Positions 35,968 to 51,010 of a stretch of DNA of 64,000 nt are shown one piece after another; the first letter of the stretch is position 1, and every line of letters begins with the position of its first letter. Origin of the DNA: Geosiphon pyriformis uo1 (lineage: Eukaryota > Fungi > Glomeromycota); NCBI GenBank assembly GCA_016748015.1, contig JAAOMT010000295.1:620001-684000 (forward strand), written 5' to 3'. The notes under the pieces are model-generated. The model did no database searches. It was given only the letters and a program-made list of their open reading frames with translations, and had not been told where the DNA came from. The translations under genes and the position numbers were made by a program.

Positions 35968-38900
35968 ACAGTTATTAGTAGTATAATTTTTGTACTTAGT
36001 GTTAGTACAATAAATTATTGTATTTTTCTAGTAATAAATATATGTTTTGTCTAATCTATTACAAAAATTGGGAATCTATTAGCCTAATACCTAGAAAAGA
36101 AAACAAAAGTCTTTTGAGAATAAACCATCTAAGATTCAATTACTAGCAATAAAATACAAAAAACCTTTTCTTAAAGAAAAAAAAATGGACATTGAAAATT
36201 TACTGGCTAAAAACAATTCAGTTATATCAAAAAAAAGTGATATTTCTGGATGTATTTATGTAATACAACATATTATTACCACTAAAAAAACTTATCTCAT
36301 CTACTTAAAGTCTTATTAGTTCAATTAATACAATAATAAATTTATCAAGAAAAAAATAAACCGAATGAAAAACCTTAAATTTATATAAAAAACCAAGAAT
36401 AAATAGATCTTTTTAGTTGTAATAATATTTAAAAAAAATGAAATCCTATACTTTTGTGTTAATTATTACTAATTAAATACTATTACCAAAAGAAATATGT
36501 ATTCATTTTCCAAGATTAATGCAATATTAAACAAATTTAATAGTACTGCTTTTTTCTCAACTATTGACTTAACTGCTGAATTTTGACAAGTAAAAATAGA
36601 TTTAAAAAGCAGAAAAAAACTGTTTTTATTACCAAATATGACATCTACAAATTTACAGTTATGTCTTTTAGTCTCATTAATGTTTCTTTTACTTTTTAAT
36701 GCTTGATAAACAAAGTATTTAAATCAGTTAAAGAAAACTTTGTTTTGGTTTATTTAGACAATATAATAATATATTTAAAAATCTAAGATAAACATTTTGA
36801 ACATTTGCAAAAAATTCTTGATTTCTTTAGAAATGCTAATTTTAAAATTAACTCAATTAAATCTTTCTTTGAACAACAATCTACATAGTTTTTTGGATAT
36901 TTTATTATAAAAAATAGAATATTTTCTGACCCAGCCAAGATTAAAAAAGTTCAGAATATTAGGCAATTAATGAATATTCATAAACTATACTTTTTCCTTA
37001 GTTTAGCCTTTTATTATCAAAAATTTGTTAAGAATTTCTCCAAAATTGCCTCTTTTTTTAATTAGCTACTTAGAAAAAATATTAATTACTACTGAGATAT
37101 ACATTAACAAAAAGCATTTAAAACTTTAAAGAAAAAATTGGTTACAAAATTTATTCTTATATAATTTGATCTAAATCAACTTTTTATTTTTTATACTAAT
37201 GTATCTGGCTATAGACTTGGTGCTGTTTTTTTACAAAAAATAAAAAAGACAAAGAACATACTATAGTATATACCAGTAGAATACTCTTACCAACAAAACA
37301 AAACTATTCAGTTATTAAGCAGGAATGTTTAGCAATAGTTTAGACTACTAGTTACTAGAATAAATATCTTTTTGGTGTAAAATTTTTGGTGATAATAGAT
37401 CATTAAGCTTTGGTTTGATTATACAACAAAAGAAAGCTGGTACATAAACAGATAATTTGTTGAATACTTTACTTGAATGAATTTAACTATAACATTTAAC
37501 ATTATAAAAGAGCAAATTATCAAAATGCTAATGCTTTTTTTAGATTTATTATTCAGTAATAATACAATCTTCACAAACCAAACCAACCTAATTATTAGTA
37601 ATTCCTCTTAAACAAACATAATAATAAACTTGGACAACTATTCTGTACAAATAAAATTTTTGGGTAAAAAACAATATTCACTGGAACACAATTGACAGCA
37701 AAAAAAATATTTGCATAAACAATCAAATTTTTATTTGATTCATTAGAACCAGTTATATAAAAGAAATAAAAAAGATTCTGATCACTTTCAAAGAGTTATC
37801 AGATTTGAAGAAAAAAAATTGTAATTTACAATATATATACTGACTCATTAGTTGAACACTTTGAAAAAACAAAAACAATTCAGAAAATTTTAACTCATTA
37901 TTATTGGCCTATCTTAGGAAAAAATATTATTGAATATATCAAAATCTGTAATATCTGTTAAAGAAAAAAAAACCCCAATCACAAGAAAAATATTCATCCA
38001 ATTTCTGTTGGTTAACTATTTGACAGAATTGGTATAGATGTTATTAGATCTTTAACAATAACTTTTAATAATAACAGATATATTATTACAGCTATTAACT
38101 ATCTTATAAAGTAGATAAAAACAAGAACTATTTCAGATTAAACAGCAGTCTTTATTGCTAATTTTATTTATAAAAATATAATTTGTTGCTATGACTGCTC
38201 CAAAAAACTTTTATCTGATAAAAAAAAAGCTTTTCTCAGTACATTAATTGAAAAACTTTGTAGAAAAATAGGAATATGTTACAAACTCTCTTCTTTTTAT
38301 TATCTTTAGATAAATGGCCTAGTAGAATGTTCTAACAAAATATTATGTAAAATTTTAGCCAAAAACCAGTAAAAAAACAAACTTATGAGACAAAGTACTG
38401 TTTTTAGCTTTATTTGTTTATAGAACTGTAAATCATAACATAACAAGTTATGAACTCTTTTATCTGCTCTATAGATGAATGGCAATTTTACCAATAAAAA
38501 TTAACATTGAAACAATATTTTTTGAGGAAATAACAATAAAAAATTACAAAAACATTTTGCAAAGAAGACTTAACATTATTTTTGACTTCTTAGTAAAGAT
38601 ATAAATAATTGTCTTTGAAAAGATAAAACAGTTACAAAAAAAGCTTAAGAAGAAAAAAACCTATAAAACACTTTTTTTAAGTATTAGTAATTTAGTTTTA
38701 GAATATTGTTTAAATAGAAACAATGTTTATGGTAATAAATTCTCTAGCCAATAGAAAAGATTCTTTATAATCAACAAAGTTTTAAACAATAGTTCATATA
38801 TTCTACAAGATCAATATAGAACAATTTTTAATAATTACTTTGTTCATAATATGTGATTCAAGAAATATTACAAACAACTTGATTGGTTATTTGTTGTAAT

Positions 38901-41027
38901 AATATCAGCCCAAATAATCAACAAAATTAGATATAAATAAATGCACCATTTTCAAAACAGAGATATCTTTAATTAACATAAATAATTATTTTTTGAATCA
39001 AAATATTCAAAACACTTTTTATATTTTCCATAAATATTAAATCAAAAATTATCCAAATACTACTCTGATCATTAAAAAACAAATCACCATAACTGATAAC
39101 AATAGAATACATACTATTATTAAACCAAAAAAAACAACTATTAAAAGAAAAAAAATTGGTAACAAAATGGATAAATATTTGCTAGAAAGTATAACAGCAG
39201 TGATACTCTCACTTTCTATTACAATTAAAAAAACAATTCCAGAAATTTTGTCTATAAACAAAAACCTATCATATGAAAAACAACTGAAACTTTATAATTG
39301 CCTTGGTAAAATTTTAAAAGATATAAAGCTCTTAAAGAAAACAACTTCAGAGATACAAATAGAAATTTTGGGTATTATATGATTAAATATTTCAAAAATT
39401 TTAACTATTACTAAAAGAGCCAAAACTCTTATACAAAGATTTGGTTTCTTGGATATAAAACTTATTTTGCCTTAAGTATTATATATCTTATCCACAAAAA
39501 ACTTCAACAAACTAGTTAGCTTTAAACTAAAAAAAACTTTTCAAATAGATTATTTTATGAATAGTTTAATTTTGTTAAAGCTTAATCTTTTTGAAAATAA
39601 TGAAATTATGGTTAAAACTTATAGTTTTTATTAGTTATTACATGTATTAATCACTAATATTATATAATTAGCCATTCTATTTTTAGATAATAATCATTAA
39701 TCTGATCAATAACTTAATTGTTGACTTAATTATTAATTTGATCATTAATCTAATTATTGACCTAATTATTGACTATTTTTAATAGCTATATAAGCAATAA
39801 GTTTTTTAGTTATAGAAAGTATTAATGTAGCAATTGATTAAAAATAAATAAAATAACAACTATTATTTTAATTTTTTTTTAATTACTTATTCTTTTTTTT
39901 TATTTTCAAGTATTTGAACATCTTAAAATAAAAAATTACTTGTTGGCATTTACTTACCTTTTTTTTGACTTATATAATTGTAGCATTTGAAGATTATTAA
40001 ATAAAATATAACTAAAAAATACATTTAATACCTAATATCAAATTCTAAGAATGCTAATATAAAGCATAAAATTATATTAATATGTTATCATTTGTTAACA
40101 GTATAGACTATTTTTCTAGCTTTAAATTTCTCAGTTATTTTTTGAAAAAAATAACAATTGAGATATTTTATGAGACTGATTTTACACATTAAATCTATAC
40201 TTATTTAATTTGTATTTTGAAATTGAATCCTCTTTAATTAATTCTATTGCCTTACAATTTTGTTTTTTCTTACTATTTGTTAACTTGTTACTTCAATTCA
40301 TAATATTATAAAACAAAAAAATTATAAAGCAATTACTACTTATCTTGGCTAATTTAATTAAATTTTTGGTCAAATTCAAACTATTAAATGAGACTATTAT
40401 ATATCTGACCAAATTTTGAATTAGTTTATTAAAGAATTAAAAAGCAGTATTTTTTAGTTTATTAGATTTTAATATCCTAAAAACTTATAGAATACAGTAA
40501 TATTTGTCTATAACTTTGAATCTGCAGAACAAAAAACAAATTACATCCAAGCTGTTAATTTAACCATAAATAAAATTTTTAATATTGACACAAAACTTAT
40601 CTAATTAAGTAAAAAATTAACTCAAAAAATTAAGAAATTTTTTGCAAAAAATTCAAGAGCATATTAGCTTTTATAACACCAAAAAAATAACAATATTACA
40701 AAATACCAACAACAAAAACAATGTTAACAGTAACAAAAACTTTGAAAACAAAATTTTTGCAATTGTTATTATTGTTAAAAACCAAATTACATTGTAAAAA
40801 ATTTTTACAAGAAGATATTAAATTAAAATTATAAAAACCAATATCAACAATAAACAAAATATTTACAATTCACAGAATTTTAATATTTTTTATCTTAATA
40901 TTAACAATTACAATACTCATCTCAACTATTACAGAATTATTATTAATATTCACAAGTAATATTATAGATATAATTTCAATATTAAGCTTTACAATATAAC
41001 AATTTAAGATTTTAAGTTATTAACTAT

Positions 41028-44000
41028 TGTTACGGGTTAGAGTAACAAGCTAATAGATAACAAGGGAGAACAGAATTATAGGGTAATGGAAATAATCAAA
41101 GGGCTTTTAACTTCAATGAGTGAATTAAATAAGTATGGATTCAATGTGCGAGATTAGTCTCATAAAATATCTCAGTCACTGTACTTTTCAAAAATAACCA
41201 GGGGATCTAAAGGTAGAGGGATAGTCTATACTATTAACAAATGATTATGCTTAGTATAATTCTATGCCTCATATTGGCATTCTTAGAATTTAATATCAAG
41301 TATCAAATGTACTTTTCAGTCACATTTTATTCAATAGTTTTCAAATGCTGCAATTATATGTTTTAGAAAAAGGATAGATAAATACTAACAAGTAGTCTTT
41401 TATTTTTAAGATGTTCAGATACTTGAAGGTAGGGAAAGAGAAATTAGTGATAAGAGAAGGATTGAGATGAAGTTGTTATTTTATTTCTTTATTTTTTTGA
41501 TTCTTACATGCTTTTCTACAGTTAAGAGATTTATCACTTATATAGCTGTCAAAAGTGATCAATAATTAGGTCAATAATCACTTTCTAAAAATAGAGTGGC
41601 TAATTTATGTGACATCAATGGCTAATACATGTGATAATTAATAAGAAGTATAAGTTTCAACCATAATATTATCCTCTTCAAAGAGATTAAGCTCTGGCAA
41701 AATCAAGCTATTTATGGTGTAATCTATTTAAAGGGTTTTATCTAACTCAAAGCTAATTAGTTTGTTGAAGTCTTTTGTGGATAAAATATATAACACTTGA
41801 GACAAAATGAGTTTTGTATCCAAGAGACCAAATCTTTGTATTAGAGTTTTGGCTCTTTTAGCAATAGTTAAAACTCTTAAGACATTTAACCATATAATGC
41901 CCAAAATTTCTGCCTGTATCTCTGAAGTTGTTTTTTTCATGAGTTTCATATCCTTTATAATTTTACCAAGGTGACCATAGAGTTCTAATTGCCTTCCATA
42001 TAACAAGTTTTTGTCTATGAGTAAGATTTCTTGGAGTGTTTTTCCAATTGTGTTGGAAGGTGGAAATATAGCTGCTGTTATACTTTCCAACAGATATTTA
42101 TCTATTTTACTACCAATTTTTTCTCTTCTGGTAGTAGTTTTCTTTGATCTGATAACAGTATGTGTTCTACTATTATTAGTTATGGTGATCTGTTTTCCAA
42201 TAATCAGAGTAGTATTTGGGTAGTTTTTGATCCAATACTCATAAAGAGTATAGAAGACATTTTAGATGTTTTGATCCAGAAAATAATTGTTCATGTCAAT
42301 TAAAGATACTTCTGTTTTGGAAATGGTATATTTATTTATACTTGATTTTTGCTGATCATTTGGGTTAGTATTACCACAACAGGCAGCCAATCAAGTCGTT
42401 TATGATATTTTTTGAGTCATGTACTATGAACAGAATGATCATTGAAGATTGTTCCAGATTGATCTTGAAAAATATAAGAGTTATTGTTTAAAACTTTGTT
42501 GACTATATAGGGTCCTTTCCATTAGCTAGAAAATTTATTACCATAGACATTGTCTCTGTCTAAATGGTATTCTAATACTAAGTTACCAACACTTAAAGAA
42601 AGTGTTTTATAGGTTTTTTTTTTCTTAAGCTTTTCTTAGAACTGTTTTATCTTTTCAAAAACAATTATTTGTGCTTCTACTAAGAAGTCAAGAATGGTAT
42701 CAAGTCTTCTTTGCAAAATATTTTTGTAATTTCCTATTGTGATTTCTTCAATGAGTATTGTTTCAATGTCAGTTTTTATTGGTAGTGTTGTCATGCATCC
42801 ATAGAGCAGATAAAAAGGTTCATAATTTGTTATGTCATGATTTACAGTTCTATAAGCAAACAAAGCTGAAGACAGTACTTTGTCTCATAAGTTTGTTTCT
42901 TCACTGGTTTTGGTTAGGGTTTTACATAATGTTCTATTGAAATGTTCCACTAGGCCATTTGTTTGGGGGTGATAAAGAGAGGAAAGTTTATAACATATTC
43001 CTATTTTTCTACAAAGTTCTTCAACCAGTGTACTGAAAAAAGCTCTTCCTCTATCAGATAAAAGTTCTTTGGGGCAGCCATGATGGCAAATGATATCTTC
43101 ATAAATGAAATTGGCTATTAAGACTGCTGTTTGGTCTGGAGTGGCTCTTGCTTCTATCTACTTTGTAAGATAGTCAGTAGCTATAATAATATATCTGTTG
43201 CCATCAAGAGTGATTGTTAAAGGTCCAACAACATTTATACTAATTTTGTCAAATAGTTGACCAACAGAGATTGGATGAATATCTTCTTTGCGATTGGATT
43301 TGCTTTTTTTTTGGCAGATATTACAGGTTTTAATGTATTCAGCAATGTTTTTTCTCAAGGTAGGCCAATAATAATAAGCTAAAGTTTTCTGAATTGTTTT
43401 TGTTTTTCAAAAGTGTCCAGCTAATGAGTCAGTGTGCATATTGTATATTACAATTTCTCTTTCTTTAAATCTGAGGACTTTCTGAGGGTGGTCAGGATCT
43501 TTTCTGTTTTTTTTGTATAATTGGTTTTGGTGGATCAAATAGAAATTTGATTGTTTGCACAAATGTTCTCTTTGATGTCGAGTGTATTCTGATGGGTATT
43601 GTCCTTTACCCAAAAATTTCATTAAAGCAAAATAATTGTTCAAGTCCATTATCGTGTTTGTTTGTAAAGGGGTTACTAATAATTAAGTTGGTTTGGTTTA
43701 AGAGGTTGTACTATCACTGGATAGTAAGTCTAGAGAGAGCATCAGTGTTTTAATGATTTGTTCTTTTGCAGTATTAAATATCATAGTTGAATTCATCCAA
43801 GTGGAGTATTCAGTGAGTTATTCATTTGTGTTCCAGCTTTTTTTTTTTGTGCAGCCAAATCAAGGCTTGATAATCTGTTATCACTAAGAATTTTGCACCA
43901 AGAAGATATTGATCCCAGTAGCTAGTAGCCTAAACTACTGCTAGACATTCTTGTTTAGTAACTAAATAGTTCTTTTCTGCTGGTATGAAGAATCTACTGG

Positions 44001-47000
44001 CATATATTATAGCATGTTCTCTGCCATTTTCATTTTTCTGTGAAAGAACAGCACCAAGTCCATAGCCAGATGCATCAGTGTGGAGGATAAAAAGTTGGTT
44101 TAGATCAGGTTGTTTGAGAATTGATTCAGTAACAAGTTTTTCCTTCAAAAATTCAAAAGCTTTTTGTTGATGAATGCACCAGTAATAATTGACATTTTTT
44201 CTGAGTAGTTAATTAAAAGGAAAAGCAATTTTTGAGAAATCCTTGATAAATTTGCGATAGTAATGTTATGAGTTGGAGTAACAAGCTAATGGATAGCAAG
44301 GAAGAACAGGATTGTAGGATGATGGAAATAATCAAAGAGAATTCAACTTTAAAGAGCAAATTGAATAAGTATGGATTCAATGTGTGAGATCAGTCTCATA
44401 AAATATCTCAGTCACTATACTTTTCAAAGGTAACCAGGAAATCTGAAGGTAGAGAGATAGTCTGTACTGTCAACAAATGATCACACACTGGTATAATTCT
44501 ATGCTTTATATTAGTGCTTTTAAAATTTAATATCAGGTATCAGATGTACTCTTTAGTCACATTTATTCAATAATCTTCAAATACTATAATTACACATTTC
44601 AGAAAAAGGGTAGGTAAATGCCAACAAGTAATTTTTTATCTTTAAGATGTTCAAATACCTGAAACTAGGAAAAGAGAAATTAGTGATAAGAGAATGATTG
44701 AGATAAAAGTTGTTATTTTATTTATTCTTAATTATTTGAAACATGTTTTTCTACAGCTAAGAGATTCATCACTTATATAGCTGTCAAAAGTGGTCAATGA
44801 TCAGGTCAATAACTAGGTCAATAATCAGGTCAATAATCAGGTTAATAATCAGATTAATGATCACTTTCTAAAAATAGAGTGGCTAATTTATGTGACATCA
44901 GTGGCTAATACATGTGATAATTAATAAGAAGTATAAGTTTCAACTATAACAGTAAGAGGCCAAACCAAAGAAAGAGCATAGTTCAGAAACATTTATTGGT
45001 TGTCTAATGTTCTGAACTTTTTCAACTTTAGCTGAATCATGGAAGATTCTATCTTTTATAATAAGATGACCAAGAAACTGAGTGGATTGACATCTAAAGA
45101 AAGATTTAATTGGATTGATCTTAAAGCCAGCATTTCTGAGCAGGTTAAAAATCTTCCGTAAATGTTCAAGGTGTTCATTCCAGGTTTTTGAATATACTAT
45201 TATATTATCTAAGTAAACCAGAACAAAGGTTTTTTTTACTGATTTAAACACTTTATTCATTAGGTGTTAAAAGATGGGAGGAGCATTGGTAAAACCAAAA
45301 GACATGACTGTAAATTTATAAGTGCCATACTTGGTAATAAAGACAGTTTTCTTTCTGCTTTCTGGATCCATTTCTACTTGCCAAAATCCAGCAGTTAAGT
45401 CAATAGTTGAGAAGAAAACAGCACCATTGAATTTATCTAGCATTGCATTAATTTTGGGGAGTGAGTACATGTCTCTTATAGTGATGGCATTTAATTGGCA
45501 GTAGTCAACACAAAAGCATAGGGTTCCACTTTTTTTGGATACTACTACAACTGAGAAAGCCCATTTACTCTTGGTTTCTTGTATGAATTCAAGATTTTTT
45601 ATCCAGTTTATCTCTTTTTTAATAAATTTATCATTATGTTAATTGGATTAATAAAGCTTTAAATGGATGGGATGAGTTTCTTTGGTGGTGATGATGTGTT
45701 GTATCATATGGGTTTGTTCAGAGGTATCATCTTCTTTTGAGATAACTAGACTATTTCTAGCCAACAAATTTTCAATGTCCACTTTTCTTTCTTTAGGAGA
45801 AGGTTCTTTTTGTTTTATAACTAATGATTGGATTTCAGATGGTTCATTCTCAAAAGACTTTTGTACTTCTTTAAGTTTTTCTCGAGGTATTAAGCTAATT
45901 GGTTCCCAATCTTTGTAATAGATCAGGCAGGATTTGCATTCATCACTTGGTAAATACAAAGGTTTATTACACCAGCATTGTGCATAAAAGCCATGTCACC
46001 AATAACTGTATTTTGCTTTCTTGCCAGGTTTTCTGTCAAAAGTTCTTCTGAAGATATCATAGTAGGGCCAGCAGATCAACTTGCCCTTTACCATGATTTT
46101 TTCTTTGTTAGCTTTAATATTGTCTAGTGGCTTGCCATTGTTGGTGAAGATAGTATAGACAAGTTTAGCAGTTTCTTCTTGTTCTTCTTGATCTTCATTA
46201 TTACTCTCATCATCATCTGATTCATTTGATTGTTCTTCTTCTTGGTTTTGTTTGAGTACAATGGGTTTTTTACCACATCTGATGGTTAGTTTGCAAAGTT
46301 TATAGTCAAGTAGTGCTTTGGCTTTCTTAAGCCATTTATTACCAACAATAATGGTGTACTCTTTTGCATCAAATACTTCCATATCAGTTTTAATGCTAAT
46401 ACTATTGATGTGAACAGAAATAGCTTTGGCTATGTCCAGACCTTTTTTCTTGTCACCATGTATGTTGATTATTGGTCTTGTGGAAGGCCTATTAATTTTT
46501 TTGTTAATTGCTTTAAGAAAATGTTTGACAATTATACTAACAGATGATCTACTATCTAGGATCAGATCAATGAAGTAACTAGCCATTTGGGTTTTACAAA
46601 TCAGAGGGGTAACATTGCTGTTATCAGCAAGTCCAGCTTGGTGATGCCATTTGTTGGTCTTTGGTGTTTTTTTCTTTGGTATCAATGATTTGCAAATATC
46701 TTTTCTGAACTGTAAATGGGTCATCAGTTGGCCAAATGTAATGTGTGCTGGAGTTTCTATGAGATCTTTAACAACAGAATAAGATCCAAATTTTTGTACA
46801 ATTTCTGGGGGTTCCAACTTTGGAGAATTTTTTAAAATCTTAGCTTTTAGTAACTCATTGTTATTAGCAGATAATTTGAATGCTTTGTTTGGGTTTAAGA
46901 CAAAATCAACCTTGGCTTTCTTCTTCTTTCTGGTTGATTCAGAGATGTTGATTGCTAGTTTATCCATATTATGATCATCATCAGTTAAGTTAAAAGCATA

Positions 47001-49337
47001 AAAAAGGTTTTTTTTTGGTTGGCTTGTACTCTCACTTTTTGGAGGTGCATTTACCAGTTTAAAAGCTAATAAACAGTAGCTTTAACTAAAAAATCCTCTT
47101 CAAAGAAATTGATGTTGGCATGATTGGGTCTTTGATTGAGAACATTATTATTGTTGGGTCTGTTATTTTGGGTGTCATTATTTTTGGAAGCTAGAGAAGG
47201 CAATGGAGAATTGTTACAGTCTCTGGAAAAGTGTCCAGTTAGTCCACAGTAATAACACACAGGTGGGCCACAATTTTGTTGTTTTTGATATGATAGTTGT
47301 TGGGGCTGATTGAAGCGGAATTCAAATCTGGGTCTTTGGAGTTGCTGGTTGTTTCTGACTGCTTGGGCTAATGGTTCTAATAGCCAGGCAAAATTAGCTG
47401 TAAGTCTATCTATTAACTGTTTATTTGGGTCTTGAGTTTGGACAGCAAAAGAGGTAACAGCCATTTGGGGAGCAGGAACAAAAACTGGAAATGTGAATAT
47501 TAGGTGCATCTTTTGATTGTTTTCTATTCTCTAGACAAGTTTAATGGCCATATCTATTGTGGGATTATTTTTCAAAACCAGGAGAGGCCAAAAAGCATAT
47601 AATAGATCAGTTCTTAGTTTTTTTGTGAAGGAATGTATTTTCTGCTCTTCTGTCCAATTTCTTTCAGAATCTACCTGTTTAATAAGTTTTCTTATTGCTT
47701 TGGCATATTTTGTCACAACTTTACTAGGGCCTTGAGTTTTTTTTTCTAATTCCATATGTTATTTTGAGATTAAGATGGGAGTTATAAATTTCATTTCAAA
47801 CCAGATAGTAAAAGAGATGTTGTTTTCTCCAGCATTTGCTGGTGCCTATATAATGATTTTTTGTTGAGCATTGACATTGGTTTTTTGTAAGAACCAAGTA
47901 GCAGAAGAGCTTTGGAGGTAGCCACCAACAATTTGGAACTTGTATTCATTATTATATTGGTTTGCTGTGGCAGCTCTCTCAAAATCATCCAGCCATTCGA
48001 TTGGATCTTGGGCATCACCTCTGAATAATGGTAATGAGGTGTTGTTTTTTCGCCCTAAAGCAGTCTGTATATCTTGAAAAGCAATCAGAATGTTTTGTTG
48101 TAGAGGGTTTTGAGCCATTGGTTTAAGTGTAACTGTTTGTGTGGAGTGTTCTAATTCACTTGAAAAAAGATTAAAAACAGGAGTGGTTTGATAGCTTTTT
48201 TTTTCTGTTTCAAGAGGAGTTTCTGTTAATTGATGGACAGCAATCCAAATGTGGATTTGATGATTCAGATATTTGAAATTAGAGAGCTGTTGTTCAAAAG
48301 TTGTAGAATATAAGAACTAATTGATACTGTTGTTTTTTCTTCAGAGTTGTCTTCAAAATAAGCTTGGTCAAAGTAATAGGTTGTATAAGCTGTGTAGGTT
48401 TCAGCTGAATGCTCATTTAAAAACCAGTTCCAAAAGTTCTGGAATTGTCTGCTGGATTGTTTTTCAATGAGGAAGCAAATCAAGCAGGAGGGCAAAGAAT
48501 TAAGTTCAATAAAGTCTAATTGTTTTTGTTGTGTGCTTCAAAGTATTCTTCTAATTGTTGTGACAGGTATGAATAATTACCCATACAATAGGAAACAAAA
48601 TGGAATTTGACAACCTTACAGAGAGCACCACTTTTATGTTACGGGTTGGAGTAACAAGCTAACAGATAGCAAAAGAGAACAGAATTGTAGGGTGATGGAA
48701 ATAATCAAAGGGCTTTTAACTTCAATGAGCAAATTGAATAAGTATGGATTCAATGTGTAAGATCAGTCTTATAAAATATTTCAGTCACTATACTTTTCAA
48801 AGATAATCAGGGGATCTGAAGATAGAGAGATAGTCTGTACTGTCAACAAATGATTATGTTTGGTATAATTCTATGTCTCATGTTGGCACTCTTAGAATTC
48901 AATATTAAGTATCAGATGTACTTTTTAGTTATGTTTTATTCAATAGTCTTCAAATACTGCAATTACATGTTTCAAAAAAAGAATAGATAAATGTTAACAA
49001 GTAGTTTTTTATCTTTAAGATGTTTAGATACTTGAAAGTAGAGAAAGAAAAATTAGCAATAAGAGAAGAATTGAGATGAAATTGTTATTTTATTTCTTTA
49101 TTTCTTTGATTTTTATATGCTTTTCTACAGCTAAGAGATTCATTACTTATATAGCTATCAAAAGTGATTAATGATCAAGTCAATGACTAGATTAATGATC
49201 AAGTCAATAATCAGGTTATTAATCAGGTTAATAATTAAGTCAATAATCATTTTCTAAAAATAGAATGGCTAATTTATGTGACATTAGTGGCTAATACATG
49301 TAATAATTAATAAGAAGTATAAGTTTTAACCATAATA
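41028..49337 (-). mobile_element. Full-length family-B Gypsy element B2 (5' LTR 48637-49337, 3' LTR 41028-41668, PBS 48614-48630)
   Basis: TSD CTAT at 41024-41027 and 49338-49341; gag CYYCGLTGHFSRDC, protease LILDSRS, RT LVYLDN, RH HTDASGYGLGAVL, integrase and accessory ORF all on the minus strand. Confidence 0.93.
44264..44951 (-). mobile_element. Solo LTR, family B, inserted in the RT/RH region of B2
   Basis: TGTTAT...ATAACA ends; TSD GTAA at 44260-44263 and 44952-44955; splits GLASY|YRKFI. Confidence 0.92.
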
Positions 49338-51010
49338 CTATAATTAAAGATAATAAACCAATAATAAAAACAATATCCAACTTATAGCAATGCCACTCTG
49401 AAATATAAATCATAACAATTCATTATTCCAAACACTATTAACAAAATATTCATACCAAGTTTTATATTTTAATTTTCCCAAAACTCGAAATTTAATAATA
49501 TTATACTTATAGAAAAAAAAGCTATAAATAAAATTACCAATCTTTTTTTTATTAACAACAATTAGATCATTTCTAATATGATTTTTTTAGTCACAATTAC
49601 CAAAGATAAAACATTTGTAATCATATTTTCATTTAATATTAACAGTCTAAACACTTTTGATCTCTTTAATAAAACTTTTATTAATTAAAACAAGCTAATT
49701 ATAACAATATACACTAATATTATCATAAAACAAATAAACTTTAAATTAATATTCAATAATAAATTAATTGGCAGTATAATTACAAAGCAGTTCATAAATT
49801 AATTAAGTTGTCAAATTAATCAAACAGCTATAGCTAAAATCATTATAGCCAATAAAAATACCAAAACTTTAACAAGAAAAATTAATAATTTTTTTTTTAA
49901 AATAAATAGAGTTATAATCTTGATTAAAATTCTCATAATAAAAACAACTTAATACCAAGCTTTAATTAACAATAATTGGCTAATCAAAGCTTATGTTATT
50001 TTTAATTAAAATAAACAAAATTTTCAAATTTCATTTAATAATTAACATATTCAAGTTTTTATTATCTATAGACACTTTAAAACAGTATTACTTATAGAAA
50101 AATAGCCAATAGAAAATTAACATAGTAAAAAAAATTTTAGGATTCTTTTCAGAAAATTTCAAGATTTCAGAATTTTTTTTAAAGAATTCTAAAATTCTAA
50201 AATTCTAAAATTTTTTTCAAAAAATTGAAAAATTTCAAAAAATCTTGTATAATGAGAAATTTATATATATAATAATAGTATTGTTACAGTTGAAACTTAT
50301 ACTTCTTATTAATTATTATATATATTAGCCACTAATCTCATATAAATTAACCACTTTATTTTTAGAAAGTAATCATTAACCTAATTATTAATCTGATTAT
50401 TGACTTAGTTGTTGACCTGATTATTGACTATTTTTGATAGCTATATAAGCAATAAATCTCTTAGCTATAGAAATATATATATTAGAAATCAAGAAAATAA
50501 AATAAATAAAATAACAACTTTCATCTCAATTATTCTCTTATTACTAATTTCTTTACCTTCAAGTATCTGAACATCTTGGGATAAAAGATTACTTGTTGGT
50601 TATTTCCTTGTCCTTTTCCTGAAATGTGTAATTGTAGCATTTGAAGATTATTGAATAAAACGTAACTGAAAAGTACATCTGATATCTGATATTAAATTCT
50701 AAAAGTGCTAACGTAAGGCATAGAATTATACCAGTATGTAATCATTTGTTGACAGTATGGACTATTCCTCTATTTTCAAATTCTCTGGTTATTTTTGAAA
50801 AATATAGCAACTAAGATATTTTATGAGACTGATCTCACACATTGAATCCATACTTATTCAATTTGCTCTTTGAAGTTGAATTCTTTTTGATTATTTGTAT
50901 TACCCTACAATCCTGTTCTCTCTTACTATCTATTAGCTTGTTACTCTAATCTGTAACATAAAAGTGGTGCTTCCTGTAAGGTTGTCAAAATCCACTTTGT
51001 TTCCTATTGT

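Larger units (their letters stand above)
20438..40305 (+). mobile_element. Family-B Gypsy element B1 (5' LTR 20438-22114, interrupted; 3' LTR ~39604-40305), host of three further insertions
   Basis: Colinear with B3; TSD TTAT at 20434-20437 and 40306-40309; PBS remnant at ~22121. Confidence 0.85.
18234..50085 (+). mobile_element. Old family-A-like Gypsy element A0 in three pieces (18234-20437, 40306-41027, 49338-50085): 5' LTR 18234-19275, PBS, gag, protease
   Basis: LTR and PBS homologous to 25725-26834; the gag/protease reading resumes after B1 (matching FSII|KQKD of A2) and after B2 (matching IDY|NQ of A2). Confidence 0.8.

Noticed and set aside
44385-44412. TCAGTCTCATAA in LTR-B resembling the elongator tRNA-Met anticodon arm
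   Set aside because: No cloverleaf or A/B boxes can be built around it; only a short local hairpin, probably coincidence.
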